Of a stretch of DNA of 64,000 bases, positions 60,301 through 64,000 are shown one piece after another. Position 1 is the stretch's first letter, and each line of letters starts with the position of its first letter. The position numbers were made by a program, and so were the translations under genes. The stretch lies in contig JAOZPT010000001.1 of the NCBI GenBank assembly GCA_029932605.1, positions 57,059-121,058 of the forward strand, in the 5' to 3' direction. The notes beneath the pieces are model-generated. The model was not told the origin of the DNA, did no database searches, and was given only the letters and a program-made list of their open reading frames with translations. This DNA is from Candidatus Zixiibacteriota bacterium (GTDB taxonomy: Bacteria > Zixibacteria > MSB-5A5 > UBA10806 > 4484-95).

Positions 60301-60328
60301 ATATTATCTTCTTTTTATAAAATGTCAA
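60301..60328 (-). promoter_or_regulatory. Putative sigma70 promoter for the spt-GNAT pair
   Basis: Minus strand TTGACA - 16 nt - TAATAT, about 75 nt upstream of the spt ATG. Confidence 0.45.
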
Positions 60329-60691
60329 GATGTAATTGTTCGTTAGTTTCTTAAAAACTATTTGCCATAACCTCCAACTTTTTTCTTGTTTCTATATGGA
60401 TAATCTACCATGAACTTCACATAGAAATATTGAACAAACTTTTTGAGTATCCAAGAGGGTTTATTTGAAAAAAGTAAATATCACCTACCTATGTTAATCC
60501 TGCTATTGATGTTCCATATGATATTACCTTTTCTTGCCCTCTTCTTTTCCTATCGATTTAATCTTGAGAAGATAGGTATTATCTGTATCCAGGGCGATTT
60601 TGTGTATTTTATCTGATGGTTGGTTGTTTTTCATTGGCGTCACTCCCTGATTTTGGGAGACCTCACTTTGGTTGTTTATGGCTTAACGTAA

Positions 60692-61276
60692 TCATCTTTT
60701 CTTTGATCTTATCAAAACCTTAAAGAAATTCCACATGGGGACTTTTTCCATATAATCTTTATAAAGTTTTCCAAATTTTTTTATATTGTATCCGGCTTCT
60801 TTTCTTGCTGATGTCCAAAAACACAAGATAGATAACGTACCTAAAGTCATTGAAAGAATTGACTGGAAAACCATGATTAAGGCTACAGACCAGATACTCA
60901 TTCCCAGTGTCATTGGTTGACGAATGATGCTATATATTCCGCTGTCAAGAAAAGTGGTTGTGGCTGTGGGGTCTTTGGCCTTTGGTTTACCTTTATGTTT
61001 TAAAGCGTGCATTGATGCCGCAACTAAATAGGCTGAAGGGATATAAAGGATGAAACCGATAACCCGTATCAAAAAGATATCAAATAGCTTCAATGTTACG
61101 GTGTTACCAAGGGTTAATTCAATAACTAACAGGGTGAAAAAAATGCCTAAACCTGTGTGTATGTAAATTTCGCTAACCACATGTTTCCTGACAGCGTGGA
61201 TTAACCATCTTCCATTGATTATCCATATGAGGCTACAGATGGTTACACAGATTATATAAGCCCAGATTTCTGTCAT
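60692..61276 (-). CDS. Isoprenylcysteine carboxyl methyltransferase / PEMT-like membrane protein (degenerate motifs)
   Basis: TM segments, GIYSIIRQPM (usually RHPMY) and KEA...KFG..Y..Y..KVP. Confidence 0.65.
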   Translation of the reverse strand: MTEIWAYIICVTICSLIWIINGRWLIHAVRKHVVSEIYIHTGLGIFFTLLVIELTLGNTVTLKLFDIFLIRVIGFILYIPSAYLVAASMHALKHKGKPKAKDPTATTTFLDSGIYSIIRQPMTLGMSIWSVALIMVFQSILSMTLGTLSILCFWTSARKEAGYNIKKFGKLYKDYMEKVPMWNFFKVLIRSKKR

Positions 61277-61279
61277 GAC

Positions 61280-61474
61280 TTATTCCTCTGACAGACTGCT
61301 TTGTAGTAATTTGGAATTGGTGATCTTGACAGTTCTGCTACCACATCCCACTTCCAGGAAGTTTTGCCTTTCTTTCGCATTTGCATAGTGCAATAATTTT
61401 TCGGTAATATTGATCACTCGTTTTTCGTGTTTTAGTCTATTCATAGACCATTTTTCAATATTAATCATTTTCAT
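61280..61474 (-). pseudogene. Truncated class I SAM-dependent methyltransferase
   Basis: GGAGG RBS and motif I FLEVGCGS; the ORF ends about 18 codons later and the rest of the Rossmann fold is missing. Confidence 0.65.
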
Positions 61475-61551
61475 TATTTAGACTTCCTCCGGATATTACT
61501 TTTTCCCTTTCAAAAGGTATATACGGCGTATTTATGATTAATTCAATAGCG

Positions 61552-61584
61552 AAAAAGGGGCATTGATTATCCTTTCAATACCCC
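61552..61584 (-). terminator. Intrinsic terminator of the large secreted-protein gene
   Basis: Minus strand GGGGTATTGA-N8-TCAATGCCCC followed by TTTTT, about 50 nt after the stop. Confidence 0.75.
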
Positions 61585-61635
61585 AATATAGTTTTTTGAA
61601 CGTTTTATAATTGCACTTAAATTTTTCTGTTGGTC

Positions 61636-64000
61636 TCACTCCTTCGGTAAAGTAGCCGGTGTTTGATGTATATTTCTGCTGAGAACTGCATAACCTGCCG
61701 GTGGTGTCTGCGGACACCAGAGAATGGAAGCGTTGTAGCCTTTGAAGAAAGCCACAAGGTAGGTTACATCAGAACCGGTAAACTGGCAGTTGCCGTTGAC
61801 ATCGCCGGCGGAGTATAACCAGCTCGAGGTGGAATCGTTCCAGCAGGAATCTGGTGGTGGATCACCAAGACCTTTGAAATAGCGAACACCGAATGTTACA
61901 TCGTTACCCATGACATTGTCATCGCCATTGACATCACCTGGAACAAAATCGCATCCCGCTATGAAACACAGTTCACTGAAATTCTCGTTAAGCATGTAAT
62001 AACCTATTCCGGTAGTATCGCGAGCGAAAGTTCTATCCATAAATAACTCAGGGTTTAAACCCGGTCCGAAACACTGAACTGTATCGCCGATCAGACCAGG
62101 GTTGTCAACCGACACGACGACAAATGTAAGTATTCTTGTTGGTGTATCGAAGTATAACCATGGATTTGGAGGACCGGATGGATTAGCGTAACCCACGAAT
62201 GATTGACTTGACCAACCCTCCGGGTTCGGTGGATGGCCGAAAGGATCTGTCCAGAGAGCTATCTCCCAATCCGTTATCGGATAGTAAAATTCGCCCTCTA
62301 TGTCACTGATAAGGTCGGCAATGTATTGGTCATAGGCGCCAAGACAGACATGCAGATCGGCTATATAAGCGCCCTCGAAACACTGAATATACACATCTAC
62401 ATTTATATTACTATTTGGAGAACCGGAAATCGGTGAACCATCTACGTTACCGTACCAGAGCGAAGCAAAAGAGAAACTGCGGTTGCTTACAGCGGATGTA
62501 TCATTGCTATTGTTGAGGTCGCCCTCGAGGACTGTGTACGAAACAAATTCAAAGGTTGTATCTACAGTGGGTGTAAAAGTCCTGGAGAATGTAACTGTAT
62601 CCACGCCATTGGGCATATCAATGATTGTGAAAGTGTCGGCAACCTCGGCTGATGATGAACCTGAGGTATAGACCTCGTAGATGACATCAAAAGTTTGTGT
62701 CTCGGTTCCATAGTTGGAAACTTCGGATTTAAGCGAATATTCAAGGCCGTTAAACATTGTATCTGGCATGTCAAGGATTGCTGAAACTCCAACATCCGAG
62801 TCATAGATTGTGCTGAGAATTAAGGTGCACGGTATGTCCTCATCCTGATGATTGGGGTCGTTGCTCTGGAGATTGATGTTGCCGGTATATGTACCCTCAC
62901 TTAACATCGAGGCATCAAAGGTGATAGTAACATCTAAGCTATCATGTGGATTGACCGTACCGGATGCTGGGAAAGCTGACAGCCAGTCTGTGTAGAATGC
63001 TATGGCCAGGTTGCTATGCATGTAAGAAGCATTGTAGACGACCTCAAGGCCATCACTGCCATTTTGGTTTTCGATACCGATGGAGCATTCATCCAGCCGT
63101 CCTGGGCCCATCTCAGCGTATTGATAGGTTATTCGCGCTGGCGCTACCAGGATAATCTGAAAAGTGAAGATGCCCTCCTGTCTCCAATCAGGAACGTGAT
63201 CCCAGGTTACAATGGCTGTATCGGCATTGTTGGTGTAAAAATAGCATGTGCCGCCATGCTCTAAATTCATGTCATCGAAAAAAACAGCCAGCATGTTATT
63301 GGGTGGTTCAGAATTTGGTATAGGTGGGTTTCCCCACTCAACCGAGTTGCCGTCGGTAAACGAGGCCCAACCATTGGTACATGCATTTATAGAGGTAAAT
63401 TCATTGTCATAGAAATAGAATGAGAATCCAAGGGGAAGCGGACCAGAATTGCCATCATCGATGTCAGAGCCGAAGTAAATAGGATTTCCAATGGATGAGA
63501 TATCAATCCAGCTATATGTGGGTCCACCCGGCTCGTCGGAATCTATCCATCTGTGGCCGTAGTTGTCGGGACCTCCTTGACCGGTGATGATCGGTGGGAA
63601 ATAAGGTTCATATTTCGCACCTGCTTTGCCATGGTCAGGATTACGATAACCCAAGGGCTCAGGTCTTTTTTTAATTCCCTCAGATGATGACCATCCGTTT
63701 TCATTATCATTTGAGAGAATGTCGATCTCAGTCCAGATGGAATAACTCAAAGGGTTATCACTATTGTTAGTAAGGGTGAGATAACGTTCCTCAATGATGC
63801 CGGGTTGAGTGGTTACGGTAAACGATGTCGGGTCATAAGATAAAATGCTACCGATAGCTAAATCAAAAACGATATTTGCGGAGTAACCGCCATCAGTACC
63901 GACTGTAAGTTCAAATGTCATCTCGTGACCGACTGGACAAGAGTAATCAGCGGAAACCACAAAAACATCACCGGAGTTATCACCGATGCCACCATCAGGG
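61636..64000 (-). CDS. Large secreted/surface multidomain protein with C-terminal dockerin-like (double Ca-loop) domain; 5' end lies outside the window
   Basis: Frame is open to the window edge (PDGGIGDNSGDVF...). GGPDNYGHRWIDSDEPGGP domain, Ig-like modules (INLQSNDP; DVGVSAI...NNSND), and tail GDVNGDDNVMGNDVTFGVRYFKG / GDVNGNCQFTGSDVTYLVAFFKG. Confidence 0.8.
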   Translation of the reverse strand, partial: PDGGIGDNSGDVFVVSADYSCPVGHEMTFELTVGTDGGYSANIVFDLAIGSILSYDPTSFTVTTQPGIIEERYLTLTNNSDNPLSYSIWTEIDILSNDNENGWSSSEGIKKRPEPLGYRNPDHGKAGAKYEPYFPPIITGQGGPDNYGHRWIDSDEPGGPTYSWIDISSIGNPIYFGSDIDDGNSGPLPLGFSFYFYDNEFTSINACTNGWASFTDGNSVEWGNPPIPNSEPPNNMLAVFFDDMNLEHGGTCYFYTNNADTAIVTWDHVPDWRQEGIFTFQIILVAPARITYQYAEMGPGRLDECSIGIENQNGSDGLEVVYNASYMHSNLAIAFYTDWLSAFPASGTVNPHDSLDVTITFDASMLSEGTYTGNINLQSNDPNHQDEDIPCTLILSTIYDSDVGVSAILDMPDTMFNGLEYSLKSEVSNYGTETQTFDVIYEVYTSGSSSAEVADTFTIIDMPNGVDTVTFSRTFTPTVDTTFEFVSYTVLEGDLNNSNDTSAVSNRSFSFASLWYGNVDGSPISGSPNSNINVDVYIQCFEGAYIADLHVCLGAYDQYIADLISDIEGEFYYPITDWEIALWTDPFGHPPNPEGWSSQSFVGYANPSGPPNPWLYFDTPTRILTFVVVSVDNPGLIGDTVQCFGPGLNPELFMDRTFARDTTGIGYYMLNENFSELCFIAGCDFVPGDVNGDDNVMGNDVTFGVRYFKGLGDPPPDSCWNDSTSSWLYSAGDVNGNCQFTGSDVTYLVAFFKGYNASILWCPQTPPAGYAVLSRNIHQTPATLPKE

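Noticed and set aside
648..63264. Many 60-200 aa antisense or alternative-frame ORFs in the track (e.g. 648-1112, 29514-30110, 50451-50879)
   Set aside because: They lie within well-supported genes and show no motifs; treated as shadow ORFs.
1..64000. CRISPR arrays, tRNA/rRNA genes, riboswitches, IS elements
   Set aside because: No regularly spaced repeats, recognisable structured-RNA signatures or transposase ORFs were seen by eye. A covariance-model scan of 31403-31851 and 35296-35399 would be needed to exclude small RNAs.

Overview
Bacterial chromosomal window with no rRNA, tRNA, CRISPR array or intact transposase that I can recognise. The gene content suggests an FCB-related diderm, possibly Zixibacteria-like (inference from a PorZ-like protein, a C25 protease with an FlgD/T9SS-like tail and a dockerin-like C-terminal domain). 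From left to right: (1) gpmI (5'-truncated), lnt, a PorZ-like gene and a surface-glycosylation block (GNAT, deacetylase, GT4, GT2, two GT-C-type membrane proteins and an unlisted 51-aa membrane ORF); (2) a convergent gingipain-like C25 protease with a sigma54-type promoter; (3) a dcw cluster from mraZ to ftsZ that lacks murB and ddl; (4) ABC-F, a GT-C-like protein, an S9 peptidase, a REC-REC protein and a phosphomannomutase; (5) the main candidate for an undescribed system, at 39.9-52.3 kb: three tandem paralogous copies of a four-gene membrane cassette (A = FN3 + DUF6754-like, B = polytopic, C = TM-flanked soluble domain, D = polytopic), with accessory secreted or lipoprotein genes inserted and an active/inactive transglutaminase-like pair following; (6) mutM, patatin, a serine palmitoyltransferase plus ceramide-synthase-like GNAT pair, decayed methyltransferase genes, and a large dockerin-tailed protein cut by the window end. 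All family assignments come from motif recognition by eye; no database searches were run.
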